A stretch of 64,000 bases of DNA. Origin: Candidatus Multivoradales bacterium (GTDB lineage: Bacteria; Acidobacteriota; Thermoanaerobaculia; Multivoradales; J023). The stretch covers positions 2,720,001 to 2,784,000 of the forward strand of contig CBDFLE010000006.1 of NCBI GenBank assembly GCA_965248925.1. The letters are read 5' to 3'. Made by a program: the position numbers and the translations under genes. The notes below the pieces were generated by a model. The model worked only from the letters and a program-made list of their open reading frames with translations. It ran no database searches and had not been told where the DNA came from. Position 1 is the first letter of the stretch. Each line of letters starts with the position of its first letter. Of this stretch, positions 8,550-18,370 are shown piece after piece.

Positions 8550-10633
8550 GCCGCGCTCGCCGGCTAGCCTCCTGGCTGGTGACCCTGCTGCTCTTGGTGG
8601 GCGGCCAAGTCGGCTGCGCCCCGGGTACCGCGCCAGGCGCCGAGCAGACCGCCCCGGCCGAGCGCGGCTTGCTGCCGGTACCGCAGCCGAACCTCAACGA
8701 TTCCGAGCCGGCGGTGCGCCAGCAGATCTTAGATCAACGGGCCGCAGTCGAGAGCCGGCGCCGCGCCGCCGGCTCGACTCGGGAGCTGGCCGCGGCCTAC
8801 GGCGAGTTGGGCTTGATCTATGTCACTTACGCTTTTGTAGAAGCTGCCGAAGTGGCCTTCCTCAATGCCAGTAAGCTGCAAACCGAGGATTTTCGCTGGC
8901 CCTACCTACAAGGCTATGTGCTGCAGCTGCAAGGGCGGCTGGCCGAGGCCCGGGGTGCCTTCGAGCGTGCTCTGCAGCTCGATTCGGAAGAGGTTCCGGT
9001 GTTGATCCGCCTCGGTCGGGTACATCTCGAACAGAGTGATCCAAGGGCGGCGCGCATCTACTTTGAGCGGGTGCTCGAACAGCAGCCGACTTCGGCGGTG
9101 GGGCACGAGGGGTTGGGCAAGGCAGCAGTGGCCTTGGGCGAGCTGAGCGCGGCGGTGAAACATCTGCGGCAAGCGCTCGAACTGCAGCCCGCCGCCTCGA
9201 GCCTGCACCAGGCCCTGGGCCTGGCCTATCGTGACCTCGGCCAGCTCGATCTCGCCCGGCTCGAACTCGAACAGAGCGGTGACGCGCTGGTGCTGTTCGA
9301 CGATCCCCATCTAGCGCCGATCACTCTGCTCGGGCGCAGTAGCGATTTGCTCCTAGCCCGTGGTGCCAAGGCTTTTGGCGAGCAGCGCTACGCTATCGCC
9401 GAGGGTTTCTATCGCCAGGCGTTGGGTACCGACCCCAAGAACATCGATATTCGCAAGGCCTTGGCCTATTGTTTGGAGAAAATGGGCGATATTCAAGGGG
9501 CGATCGACGAGTTGCAGGACGCTCTGCTCGCCGGCACCTCCGGCGATCCGGAGAAAGACATCCAGCACCGTGCCGATATCCATCGCATCCACGGTGGGTT
9601 AGAGGTCATGCGGGGCGACGACGGGGCGGCTATTCAGGCTTTCGAGAGCGCCCTCGAAGTGCGCCCGAACCTGTTGGACGCGCACCTCAAGTTGGGCGAT
9701 GCTCTGGCCCGCAGCGGCCGTTTGCAGGCGGCACTGAGCCACTACGAGGCTGTGCTCGAGGAACTGCACGACCATCCCGCGACGCTGATCAAGCGCGGCA
9801 CCACGTTGATCAACCTGGGCCATGGCCGGCGGGCGCTAGGAGATTTTTCCCGGGCGGTCGAGAAGGAGCCCGCCAACCCGCTGCTCCGCTTGCGCTACGC
9901 CGACGCTCTCGAGCACCTCGGCCAAGAGGCAGCCGCCGTGGAACAGCGCCAGCTTGCCGAACGAGCCGAGGACCCCACCGCTCGTGCCCGCTTGCTGACT
10001 ACCCGCGGCGACCGGCAGCTTCGCGCCGGGGACCTCAAGGCTGCCGAGACCAGCTACAGTCAAGCCCTCGACGCCGACCCTAAAGCGATCGAGGCGCGCT
10101 ACCAACTGGCCACGGTCTTGGGTCATCAAGGGCGCTTCGACGAAGCTCAACAGCAGTTTGCATGGGTGATCGGCGACGCGCCGCTGGATCGCCGGGCGCA
10201 TCGCGGTCTGGCGATCGTCTATCTGCTGCAAGGTCGCTATCAGCGGGCTCGAACCAGCCTTGAGCGAGCCTTGCGGTCCTTGCCCCGTGATCCCGAACTA
10301 GCGCATGGGTTGGCGCGCTTGCTGGCTACCGCGCCTGATTCCGCGGCCCGCGATGGCGCCAAGGCGGTGCGGTTGGCGGCCGACATCCACCAGCGCAGTG
10401 AGCGCTCGACCAGCGCTGAGACCCTGGCGATGGCCCTGGCCGAGGCGGGACAATTCGATCGCGCGGTCCAGCTCCAACGTCAGCTGGTGGAGGCGGTTAG
10501 CGCCGGTGGCCGATCAGCAGCGGCCGCCCTGCCGCGTTCGCGTTTGGCGGCCTTTGAGCGCTTCAAGCCTTGGCGAGCGCAGTCGCCAGATGAAATCATC
10601 TTGGTGATGAGGCCGGCCGCCGGCAAACCATGA
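8546..10633 (+). CDS. Exported tetratricopeptide-repeat protein, possible lipoprotein
   Basis: Many TPR units (A...F.RAL.L.P); hydrophobic N-terminus with QVGC. Start uncertain: CTG 8546 overlapping the upstream TGA, or GTG 8579. Confidence 0.85.
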   Translation: MSRARRLASWLVTLLLLVGGQVGCAPGTAPGAEQTAPAERGLLPVPQPNLNDSEPAVRQQILDQRAAVESRRRAAGSTRELAAAYGELGLIYVTYAFVEAAEVAFLNASKLQTEDFRWPYLQGYVLQLQGRLAEARGAFERALQLDSEEVPVLIRLGRVHLEQSDPRAARIYFERVLEQQPTSAVGHEGLGKAAVALGELSAAVKHLRQALELQPAASSLHQALGLAYRDLGQLDLARLELEQSGDALVLFDDPHLAPITLLGRSSDLLLARGAKAFGEQRYAIAEGFYRQALGTDPKNIDIRKALAYCLEKMGDIQGAIDELQDALLAGTSGDPEKDIQHRADIHRIHGGLEVMRGDDGAAIQAFESALEVRPNLLDAHLKLGDALARSGRLQAALSHYEAVLEELHDHPATLIKRGTTLINLGHGRRALGDFSRAVEKEPANPLLRLRYADALEHLGQEAAAVEQRQLAERAEDPTARARLLTTRGDRQLRAGDLKAAETSYSQALDADPKAIEARYQLATVLGHQGRFDEAQQQFAWVIGDAPLDRRAHRGLAIVYLLQGRYQRARTSLERALRSLPRDPELAHGLARLLATAPDSAARDGAKAVRLAADIHQRSERSTSAETLAMALAEAGQFDRAVQLQRQLVEAVSAGGRSAAAALPRSRLAAFERFKPWRAQSPDEIILVMRPAAGKP

Positions 10634-10646
10634 ATGAGGAGTGCCC

Positions 10647-11402
10647 ATGTCAAGACGTCGAAAACTCTCGTTGAATCCGCGAAGGATCGCGGTCTTGATC
10701 GCCGCCCTCGGCCTGCTTTGGGCGCCTCTCGCGGTGGCCGATGCAGACGATCTCGAGGCGGTGCTGCAAGCAGCCTACGACGCTGCCCAGCAGCAGGACT
10801 TCGAGCATGCCATCAGCCAGCTACGCCGCGCTTTGGAGATCGATCCAGGAGTTCACCATGCGCGCTTCTCTCTGGCGCGGACGCTGTTCACCATGGGCCG
10901 CTATGAAGAGGCCTTGCCGGAGTTTGCGGCGGTGGTAGCGGCGCGACCCGACTACAGCCCCGCCCGGCTGGGCGAGGCCACCTCGCTGATCACACTCGAA
11001 CGCTACGACAGAGCGCGGCAGAGGCTCGAAGCCGCCTTGGTTGCCCTGCCTCGCGATGGCCTGTTGGCCCATGCATTGGCCCGTCTATTGGCCACTTGTC
11101 CAGAAGCTGAGGTGCGCGATGGCGCCCTGGCGGTACGCTTGGCGGCCAAGGTCTACGAGATCAAGAAAATGATCGAGACCGGTGAGACCCTGGCTATGGC
11201 CTATGCCGAGGCGGGTCAGATGGAACGCGCCGTCGCGCTGCAGCAAGAGCTGCTGCGAGAGGCCAAAGCAGAAGGCCAGGCAGTGCGGGTGGAAACCCTC
11301 GAACGGCATCTGGCCCGCTTTCGAGAAGGCAAGGCCTGGGTCGCCGAGTCGCCGGTCGAGATCGCCATGGCCAGCCGGCCGGATCAAGCGCTATCGCCGT
11401 GA
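10647..11402 (+). CDS. Exported TPR protein, paralogous to the C-terminus of the upstream TPR protein
   Basis: SD GAGGAG before ATG 10647; signal peptide; shares the LARLLAT.P....RDG..AVRLA...ETLAMA.AEAG motif with the upstream gene. Confidence 0.85.
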   Translation: MSRRRKLSLNPRRIAVLIAALGLLWAPLAVADADDLEAVLQAAYDAAQQQDFEHAISQLRRALEIDPGVHHARFSLARTLFTMGRYEEALPEFAAVVAARPDYSPARLGEATSLITLERYDRARQRLEAALVALPRDGLLAHALARLLATCPEAEVRDGALAVRLAAKVYEIKKMIETGETLAMAYAEAGQMERAVALQQELLREAKAEGQAVRVETLERHLARFREGKAWVAESPVEIAMASRPDQALSP

Positions 11403-12316
11403 GCGAACGGCGGCTCGCGGCTGAGGAATCACCATCGCAGGAGATAGGTATGCGTTGTGCAATCTTCGCTGTACTCGGAATCCTGGCGGCCTGTTTCAGT
11501 GGTTGTAGCGCCGAGGATTCCGCTTCGCGATCCACCATGGGGTCGGCCCATGGTACCGGCGAATGGGTAGCGAGTGGCCAGTCGCTGGCGGTGCTCGACA
11601 GCGTCGAGCTGGTCGATCTGACCTACGCCTATGACCAGAACACCCTCTACTGGCCGACCTCACCGACCGACTTCCAGCTCGATCAGTTGTCCTATGGCGA
11701 CACCGAGGGGGGCTATTTCTACGCCGCCAACGCCTTCTGCACCCCAGAGCACGGCGGCACCCACCTCGATGCACCGATCCACTTCGCTGCCGATCATCAG
11801 ACCGTCGAGCAAATCCCCCTTGGCCAGTTGATTGGACCCGCGGTGGTGATCGACGTCGCCGAACAGGCGGCCGCCGATGCTGACTACTTGTTGACGGTGG
11901 CGGACGTCCGGGCCTATGAGGCGCAGCACGGCCAAGTGCCGGTAGGTGCGATCGTCTTGCTGCGCACCGGTTGGGGGGCCAGGTGGCCCGATCGGCTGGC
12001 CTACTTCGGCGACGATGTGCCGGGCGAGGCTTCGAACCTGCACTTCCCGTCCTACGGCGAAGCCGCCGCCGAGTTGCTGGTACGGGGTCGTCGGATAGCG
12101 GTCCTGGGAGTCGACACGGCCAGCATCGACTACGGCCCCTCGACAGCTTTCTTGGTCCACCGTCTGGCCGCTGCCGCCGATGTGCCCGGCATTGAGAATG
12201 TCGCCAACCTGGAACGCCTACCGCCGAGCGGCGCCTGGATCATTGCTTTGCCGATGAAGATCGGCGGTGGCTCGGGCAGCCCGGTGCGCATCGTGGCGTT
12301 AGTGCCCCGCGGCTAG
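11399..12316 (+). CDS. Cyclase-family (kynurenine formamidase-like) metal-dependent hydrolase with lipoprotein-like signal
   Basis: HGGTHLDAPIHF motif, LLRTGW, GVDTASID, ENVANL, ALPMKIGGGSGSPVR. Alternative start ATG 11450 (SD AGGAG) gives MRCAIFAVLGILAACFSGC. Confidence 0.9.
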   Translation: MSERRLAAEESPSQEIGMRCAIFAVLGILAACFSGCSAEDSASRSTMGSAHGTGEWVASGQSLAVLDSVELVDLTYAYDQNTLYWPTSPTDFQLDQLSYGDTEGGYFYAANAFCTPEHGGTHLDAPIHFAADHQTVEQIPLGQLIGPAVVIDVAEQAAADADYLLTVADVRAYEAQHGQVPVGAIVLLRTGWGARWPDRLAYFGDDVPGEASNLHFPSYGEAAAELLVRGRRIAVLGVDTASIDYGPSTAFLVHRLAAAADVPGIENVANLERLPPSGAWIIALPMKIGGGSGSPVRIVALVPRG

Positions 12317-12326
12317 CCGTCGGCTT

Positions 12327-14339
12327 TCAACCCGGCGGAGCGCAGCAGGGCTCGCCCGCTTTGTAGAGGTCCAGGTTCTGGCGCAGACGATCTACACCGA
12401 GCGGATCGGCTTGGTCGTTGGCGCTAGCTTCGTCGAAGATCTGTTGTTGCCACTTGACGGCAGCGGCGAACTGACCCGTCGCGGCATAGGCCATGGCCAC
12501 GGATTCAGCACTTTCGAAGGTGGGTACTTCTTTGTAGACCGCCAACGCCAGATCGAGCGCCCGTTCGCCATCGCGCTGCGCCAAATCGGGACAGGCCGCC
12601 AGATGGCGGGCGAGTACGTCCTTCAGCTGGATCTCCTGCGGTAGGGCCTGCAGGCCAGCTTCCAAGGTGGTGGTGGCGTCGGCGAAACGGTCAGAGAGAA
12701 TCATCGCCGTCGCTTGCGCCAGCCGCGGAGCGACCTCTTCGGGCTCGACTTCGATCCAGCGCTCGTAAAGATCGATCGCCGCCGACATCTGGCCGCCGGT
12801 CGCCAGCAGACGAGCCAGGCTGCTCAGGGCGGGCACGAAGCTGTCATCGGCCACAAGTGCCTGACGGTATTCCTCGGCTGCTTCCTGGTCACGGCCATCT
12901 TGGCGTAAGAGGTCAGCTGAGAAGTAATGCACTTCAGTGCGCTCACGCGGTTCGAGATCGAGTTCCAAAGCAGCACGGAAGCGCTCTAGCGCCGCGGTGG
13001 TTTGGCCATTGCGGGCCAGCGCCGCACCCAGGCGGAGGTAGGCTTCGGTACCTTCGGAATCGACTTCAAGCAAGCGCTCCAGGTCGCCGATGGCGGATTC
13101 GAACTCGCCCTGATCCATCTTGATCGCCGCTCGTTTGAGCAAAGCGGCGCTGTTTTCAGGATCGCGGGTCAAGACGGCGCTGTACTGGCGCCGCGCCTCG
13201 ACTAGGCGGCCGGCACGGGCGTGCGCGTTGCCCAGTTTGACCCGCGGGTCGATCATCGACGGGTCGAGCCCAATAGCTCCTTCGAAGGCGCGAATACCTT
13301 CGTCGTCGCGGCCCGCATTGATCAGCAGGCCACCGAGCACATAGGCCACTCGAGCCCGCTGCGGAGCGTTGTCGGTGGTGGCTTCGATGGCCTTCAGACC
13401 GGCTCGCAGCTGATCGATAATTCCGGGTGCCTGGCCGAGCTGAGAGAGCGCGAAACCGAGGAAATCGCGTTCTGAAAACTCCTTTTCTGAAGCCATTCCA
13501 AGAACTACTTCGAAGGCGGTGGTCTTGGTTAGACGGCTCACCCGACTGCCCAGCGGGTCGGCAAATCTGGGCTCCTGCTGGCCACGGGCGGCGAGGTGCT
13601 GGCGAGCCAGATCGTCGTCGCCCAATCGGCGGTAGGCTTGGGCCAACTGGTAGTGGGCGGCGGTGGCCTCGGGTTCGAGCTGTAGAGCCTTCTCGAAGCG
13701 GCCAACAGCACTTTTGTCGTCCCCCGCCAGCGCTGCCGCCCGACCCAACCCATAATGTGCCGCGGCGCTCCCGGAGTCGCCTTCGAGGACAGTACTGAAA
13801 CTGCCAGCGGCGTCAGCTGAACGATCGAGCTGGAGCAGCGCATTGCCACGGTGAATCAGGGTCGCGGCATTGCCTGGCTGCAGCCGCAAGGCGCGGTCGT
13901 AGTTCTCCACTGCATGTTCTAGCTCACCCTTGGCGTGAAGCACCAAGGCCAGATAGTAGGGCCAGCGAGGGTCGTCGGGCTGAAGCTGGGAGGAGTTTTG
14001 GTAGCAAGTGCCAGCGGCGTCTAGCAGTTTGAAGGCGTGGAACAATTGGCCGAGAAAGCCAAAACCCTCGGAAAGGTCCGCTGGCCGCACATCGGACCGT
14101 TTGCTGATCCCTTCGAGATTCGATTGCAGGGACTCGACCTTCTGCCGCGCCGAGCTGTCCATGGCGCTGAGGTCTGGACGCGGAATGGGTGCCAAGCTAG
14201 CGGGAATCCCCAGTGGCTCCTCGCTCTCGGCCGGAATCGCGCCCCAGGCTGCGGCCGGCATCAACTGAGCCATCGAGAGTGTCATCAAGAGTGCCAGAGT
14301 CGGCGCAGCATGTTTTAGAAAGGTCTTGCGGAAGGTCAT
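12327..14339 (-). CDS. Exported TPR protein
   Basis: Multiple TPRs; ATG 14339 overlaps the CRTAC1 stop (ATGA); shares PRPDL, LQP.DPRWPY, F.DP and LA..LA.CP....RDG motifs with the other TPR paralogs. Confidence 0.87.
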   Translation of the reverse strand: MTFRKTFLKHAAPTLALLMTLSMAQLMPAAAWGAIPAESEEPLGIPASLAPIPRPDLSAMDSSARQKVESLQSNLEGISKRSDVRPADLSEGFGFLGQLFHAFKLLDAAGTCYQNSSQLQPDDPRWPYYLALVLHAKGELEHAVENYDRALRLQPGNAATLIHRGNALLQLDRSADAAGSFSTVLEGDSGSAAAHYGLGRAAALAGDDKSAVGRFEKALQLEPEATAAHYQLAQAYRRLGDDDLARQHLAARGQQEPRFADPLGSRVSRLTKTTAFEVVLGMASEKEFSERDFLGFALSQLGQAPGIIDQLRAGLKAIEATTDNAPQRARVAYVLGGLLINAGRDDEGIRAFEGAIGLDPSMIDPRVKLGNAHARAGRLVEARRQYSAVLTRDPENSAALLKRAAIKMDQGEFESAIGDLERLLEVDSEGTEAYLRLGAALARNGQTTAALERFRAALELDLEPRERTEVHYFSADLLRQDGRDQEAAEEYRQALVADDSFVPALSSLARLLATGGQMSAAIDLYERWIEVEPEEVAPRLAQATAMILSDRFADATTTLEAGLQALPQEIQLKDVLARHLAACPDLAQRDGERALDLALAVYKEVPTFESAESVAMAYAATGQFAAAVKWQQQIFDEASANDQADPLGVDRLRQNLDLYKAGEPCCAPPG

Positions 14340-16135
14340 GGAATGCTCCTGCCCGAGCCCTCGACGAGGGCGGTATAACGATCGATTGGAAGGCCCTGCC
14401 ACTGCTCGACTTGGCCACTGAGCCAATGCACCCGAACGGCGTCGACCCGCTTGTCTTGGCCGAGCCCGATCAGGACCCGCGGATCATTGGCCGCGGCGAA
14501 GCTACCATCGGCACGCACTCGTCGCCACATTGGTTGCTGCTCTGGGCGGAGGATCTCTACCCGCGCCCCCAAGGCGTCGCGACCGCCGCGGGTCAGCAAT
14601 CGTAGACCGAGCCAATGGTTGTCTTGACCGATCGCGTTGAGCAGCACTCGCGCCGGCCCGTTGTTGTTGACCAGCAGGGCATCGGTGTCGCCGTCGTTGT
14701 CAAGATCGCCGAAGGCCAAGGCGCGACTCACCTCTGAGCGCTCGAATGCGGGGCCAGCAGTAGCTGTCAGATCGGTGAAACGCCCATCACCCTGGTTGCC
14801 AAAGAGTTGGTTGCGCTGATGGAAGGGGTAAGGGTCGCCGGCCGCCGCCAGTCTCTCGATCACCCGCACGGCACCGTTGGCGACCAGCAGGTCGAGCCAG
14901 CCGTCGTTGTCGTAGTCGAAGAAAGCGGTACCCCAACTAGTGTAGGGCAGGCTTGGTGGCCCTAGCCCGCTGCGGATGGTGCCGTCGAGGAAGTTACCCT
15001 GGCCATCGTTGAGGTAGAGGGTGTTGGTCTCGTGGACCAAGTGGGTCATGAACAGATCGTCGTCACCGTCGCCGTCGAAATCACTAGCGTCCACTCCCAT
15101 CGAAGCCTCGGGTCGGCCTTTGAGGTTGACCGCGCTGCCGGCGAACAGGGCCTCGTCGACGAAGCGACCGCCCTCTCGTTGCAGCCACATCTGGTTGGCG
15201 ACCCCGTCGTTGGCGACGTAGAGGTCGAGCCGACCATCGCCATCGAAGTCCGCCACCACCACGCCAAGGGCTTTGGAGCGCACTTTGTGCAGGCCGGCGA
15301 CCAGGGTGATGTCGGCGAAAGTGCCGTCTCCTTGGTTGCGCAGCAGGCGATCACCGACTCCCTTGTAGGCATTGGGGCCACAGTAGTCGCGGGTGCCATT
15401 GGCGGTGCGGCAGGTCTTGGGTTTGCCGATCTCGCCATCAACAAAATTGCTGACGAAGAGATCGAGCCAGCCGTCGCCGTCGAAATCGGCGAACACCGCC
15501 GAGATGCTCCAGCGATCGTCGTCAGTGCCGCTGATCTTGGTGCGGTCTTCGAAGGTGCCGTCGCCGTTGTTGTGCAATAGCAGGTTCGAGCCCAGGTGAG
15601 TGACGTAGAGATCGACGAAGCCGTCGTTGTCGTAGTCGCCGGTGGCGGCGGCGAAGCCGTAGCCGGTGGCATGGATGCCGCTGGCGGCGGTGACCTCGGT
15701 GAAGTGCAAGTGGCGCTGCCCGTCGGCGGTGATTCGTAGATCGTTGCGATACAAGCGGTCGTGGGGCAGTTCGGCGGGCGGTAGCCGCGCTTCAGCGCGG
15801 GTCTTGCCTGGCGGTAGCAGGGCGCCTTGCACCAGGTAGACGTCCAGGTCGCCGTCGTTGTCATAGTCGAACAAGGTGCCGCCGCCGGAGTTAATTTCCG
15901 CCATATGCCAGCCGCCGGACATGCCGTTGAAGTGTGAGAATTCGATGCCGGAGTTGGCCAGTTCGACAAACGGTGCCGGAGTCGGCGGGCTGGTGGTGGC
16001 CGCCGCTGCCACGGTTATTTCGCTGGGGGTTGTCTCGCCAGCGGCTTGGCTTGTGGGATTGGCGGCCAGGGCCGCAAGGGTGGGTGGCAGGCCGGCGAGG
16101 AGCACCGTCAGAGCTGGACGAAGAAGAATCTTCAT
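14336..16135 (-). CDS. CRTAC1/ASPIC-UnbV family protein
   Basis: Signal peptide, DYDNDGDLD repeats and ASPIC/UnbV C-terminus; clearly paralogous to 6729..8549 and 25081..26838. Confidence 0.92.
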   Translation of the reverse strand: MKILLRPALTVLLAGLPPTLAALAANPTSQAAGETTPSEITVAAAATTSPPTPAPFVELANSGIEFSHFNGMSGGWHMAEINSGGGTLFDYDNDGDLDVYLVQGALLPPGKTRAEARLPPAELPHDRLYRNDLRITADGQRHLHFTEVTAASGIHATGYGFAAATGDYDNDGFVDLYVTHLGSNLLLHNNGDGTFEDRTKISGTDDDRWSISAVFADFDGDGWLDLFVSNFVDGEIGKPKTCRTANGTRDYCGPNAYKGVGDRLLRNQGDGTFADITLVAGLHKVRSKALGVVVADFDGDGRLDLYVANDGVANQMWLQREGGRFVDEALFAGSAVNLKGRPEASMGVDASDFDGDGDDDLFMTHLVHETNTLYLNDGQGNFLDGTIRSGLGPPSLPYTSWGTAFFDYDNDGWLDLLVANGAVRVIERLAAAGDPYPFHQRNQLFGNQGDGRFTDLTATAGPAFERSEVSRALAFGDLDNDGDTDALLVNNNGPARVLLNAIGQDNHWLGLRLLTRGGRDALGARVEILRPEQQPMWRRVRADGSFAAANDPRVLIGLGQDKRVDAVRVHWLSGQVEQWQGLPIDRYTALVEGSGRSIP

Positions 16136-16154
16136 TTCGCGTATGAGCCGCTAG

Positions 16155-16210
16155 GCGGTGGTCATCTAGCGGTGCTCGTTCAACGGTGGTCGTTTAACGG
16201 TGGTCGTCCA
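16155..16210. repeat. Four tandem 14-bp direct repeats (consensus RCGGTGGTCGTYYA)
   Basis: GCGGTGGTCATCTA / GCGGTGCTCGTTCA / ACGGTGGTCGTTTA / ACGGTGGTCGTCCA, in the divergent intergenic region between two CRTAC1 genes. Confidence 0.9.
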
Positions 16211-16389
16211 ACAGAGTCTGGTAAGTGAGGGGTACTGAAGCTCGCCCGGCTGACAGGGGGGATGATGGTAACACGCAGAGCGGGCCAGCCATCTTGATCA
16301 AATGACTCCGATCTGGCTAGACTGGTGCCATCCCACCGGAACGCTCGCGCGCAAGAGACCGAACAACAGCACCTACTTGGGAGAACCTT

Positions 16390-18327
16390 GTGATCTCGAT
16401 ACCAGCCTTTGGCCACCGTTCGCTCAGTCGTACCACCTGCTTCCTCGGTGCTTTTTGCTTGCTGCTGGGCAGTACCTCCTGGGGACAAGATACCCGACCC
16501 ATCAAACGTTTCAGCGTGCCGCAGGACATCGGTGAAGACGCCCTCCCGGAGCGCTCCGCCGAGCAGCTCAAGGCAGTCAAAGGGCTTGAGGCCAACGCCT
16601 TCTTCCGCTTCGAGGATCAGCGAGCGGCGAGCGGCATCACTTTCTTGCACCGCATCGTTGACGACGCTGGCCGTGACTACAAGATGGTGCACTACGACCA
16701 TGGCAACGGCGTGGTGGTGGCGGATGTCGACGGCGATGGCCTGCTCGATGTCTACCTGCTCACCCAAGTGGGTTCGAATCAGCTGTGGCGCAACCAGGGT
16801 GGAGGCAAGTTCGCCGACATCACCGCGGCTGCCGGGCTGGCGGTGGCAGAGCGGATCAGCGTCGCGGGTTCGTTCGCCGATATCGACAATGATGGCGATG
16901 CGGATCTGTATGTCACCACGGTCAAGATGGGCAACTTGTTGTTCGAGAACGACGGCAAGGGCCATTTCAAGGACATCACCGTGAGCAGCGGCCTGAGCTA
17001 TACCGGCCACTCCTCGGGCGCCGTGTTCTTCGACTACGACAACGATGGTCGGCTCGACCTATTCCTCTCCAACGTCGGTATTTACACTACTCGCGAGCGC
17101 GGTCGCGAGGGCTACTACATCGGTGTCCAGAACGCCTTTTCTGGCCATCTCTATCCGAAGAGCACAGAGCGCAGCATCCTCTATCACAACCTTGGCAACA
17201 ACCGCTTCGAGGACGTTTCCGAGGCCACCGGCTTGCTAGACACCAGCTGGAGCGGTGATTCGAGCCCGGTGGACGTCAACCAGGATGGCTGGACTGACCT
17301 CTACGTACTCAACATGCAGGGCGACGATCAGCTGTGGATCAACCAGGGCGGCAAGAAGTTTGTCGAGCAGACCGCGACCTACTTCCCCAAGACCCCTTGG
17401 GGCACCATGGGGGTCAAGTTCTTCGACTATGACAATAACGGCTTGCAGGATTTGATCCTCACCGACATGCACTCCGACATGAGCGAGAAAGTCGGCGTCG
17501 AACGAGAGAAGCTCAAGTCGCGCATGCAGTGGGGTGAGACCCAGCTGCAAGGGGGTGCCAACAACATCTTTGGCAACGCCTTCTACCGCAACCTCGGAAA
17601 GGGTAAATTCGAAGAGATTTCGGATCAGGTCGGGGTCGAGAACTACTGGCCCTGGGGCCTCTCCACAGGCGACTTCAACGCCGATGGCTGGGAGGATGTC
17701 TTCATCACCTCGAGCATGAACTACCCCTTCCGCTATGGGGTCAACACCCTACTGCTGAACAACCTGGGCAGAGGCTTTGTCGATGCCGAATTCATCCTCG
17801 GCGCCGAGCCCCGTCAGGGCTCCCTGACCAAGGATTGGTTCGATCTCGACTGCGCCAAAGAGGATAAGAAACACACCTACTGCGAAAACGAGAAGGGTCG
17901 CCTGACCGTTGTCGGCACTCTTGGCAGTCGCTCATCGGTGATCTTCGATATCGACGGTGACGGTGATCTCGACATCCTGACCAACGACTTCAATTCCGAG
18001 CCCTTGGTGCTGATCAGCGACTTTGCCGAGCAGAACAGCCCGCGCTGGCTAGAGGTCGAACTCACCGGTAGCCGTTCAAACCGCGATGGGCTCGGCGCCA
18101 CAGTGCGGGTGGTCGCTGGCGAGCACTCCTGGACCAAGGTGAACGACGGCCAATCGGGCTATCTGTCACAGAGTTCGATGGCGCTCTACTTTGGTCTCGG
18201 CGAGGCCAAGAAGATCGACCGCGTCGAGGTCCGTTGGCCCTCGGGAGCTGAGCAGGTGGTGAATGAGGGCCTGGTGATTAATCGCCGGCTCGAGATCTCC
18301 GAGCCGGCGCTGGCCAACGACGATTAG
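16390..18327 (+). CDS. CRTAC1/ASPIC-UnbV family protein, divergent subfamily
   Basis: DVDGDGLLD, DIDNDGDAD and DYDNDGRLD repeats; C-terminal SNRDGLGATV...GYLSQS....FGLG...VRWPSG; lacks the C-x8-YCGP loop of the other three. Confidence 0.92.
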   Translation: MISIPAFGHRSLSRTTCFLGAFCLLLGSTSWGQDTRPIKRFSVPQDIGEDALPERSAEQLKAVKGLEANAFFRFEDQRAASGITFLHRIVDDAGRDYKMVHYDHGNGVVVADVDGDGLLDVYLLTQVGSNQLWRNQGGGKFADITAAAGLAVAERISVAGSFADIDNDGDADLYVTTVKMGNLLFENDGKGHFKDITVSSGLSYTGHSSGAVFFDYDNDGRLDLFLSNVGIYTTRERGREGYYIGVQNAFSGHLYPKSTERSILYHNLGNNRFEDVSEATGLLDTSWSGDSSPVDVNQDGWTDLYVLNMQGDDQLWINQGGKKFVEQTATYFPKTPWGTMGVKFFDYDNNGLQDLILTDMHSDMSEKVGVEREKLKSRMQWGETQLQGGANNIFGNAFYRNLGKGKFEEISDQVGVENYWPWGLSTGDFNADGWEDVFITSSMNYPFRYGVNTLLLNNLGRGFVDAEFILGAEPRQGSLTKDWFDLDCAKEDKKHTYCENEKGRLTVVGTLGSRSSVIFDIDGDGDLDILTNDFNSEPLVLISDFAEQNSPRWLEVELTGSRSNRDGLGATVRVVAGEHSWTKVNDGQSGYLSQSSMALYFGLGEAKKIDRVEVRWPSGAEQVVNEGLVINRRLEISEPALANDD

Positions 18328-18370
18328 GGTAGCGAAGTGCCGATGGGGGGGCCGTTGTAGCGGTCTTTCG

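Noticed and set aside
16155-16210. Tandem repeat as a CRISPR array
   Set aside because: Units are 14 bp and contiguous, with no spacers, and there are no cas genes.
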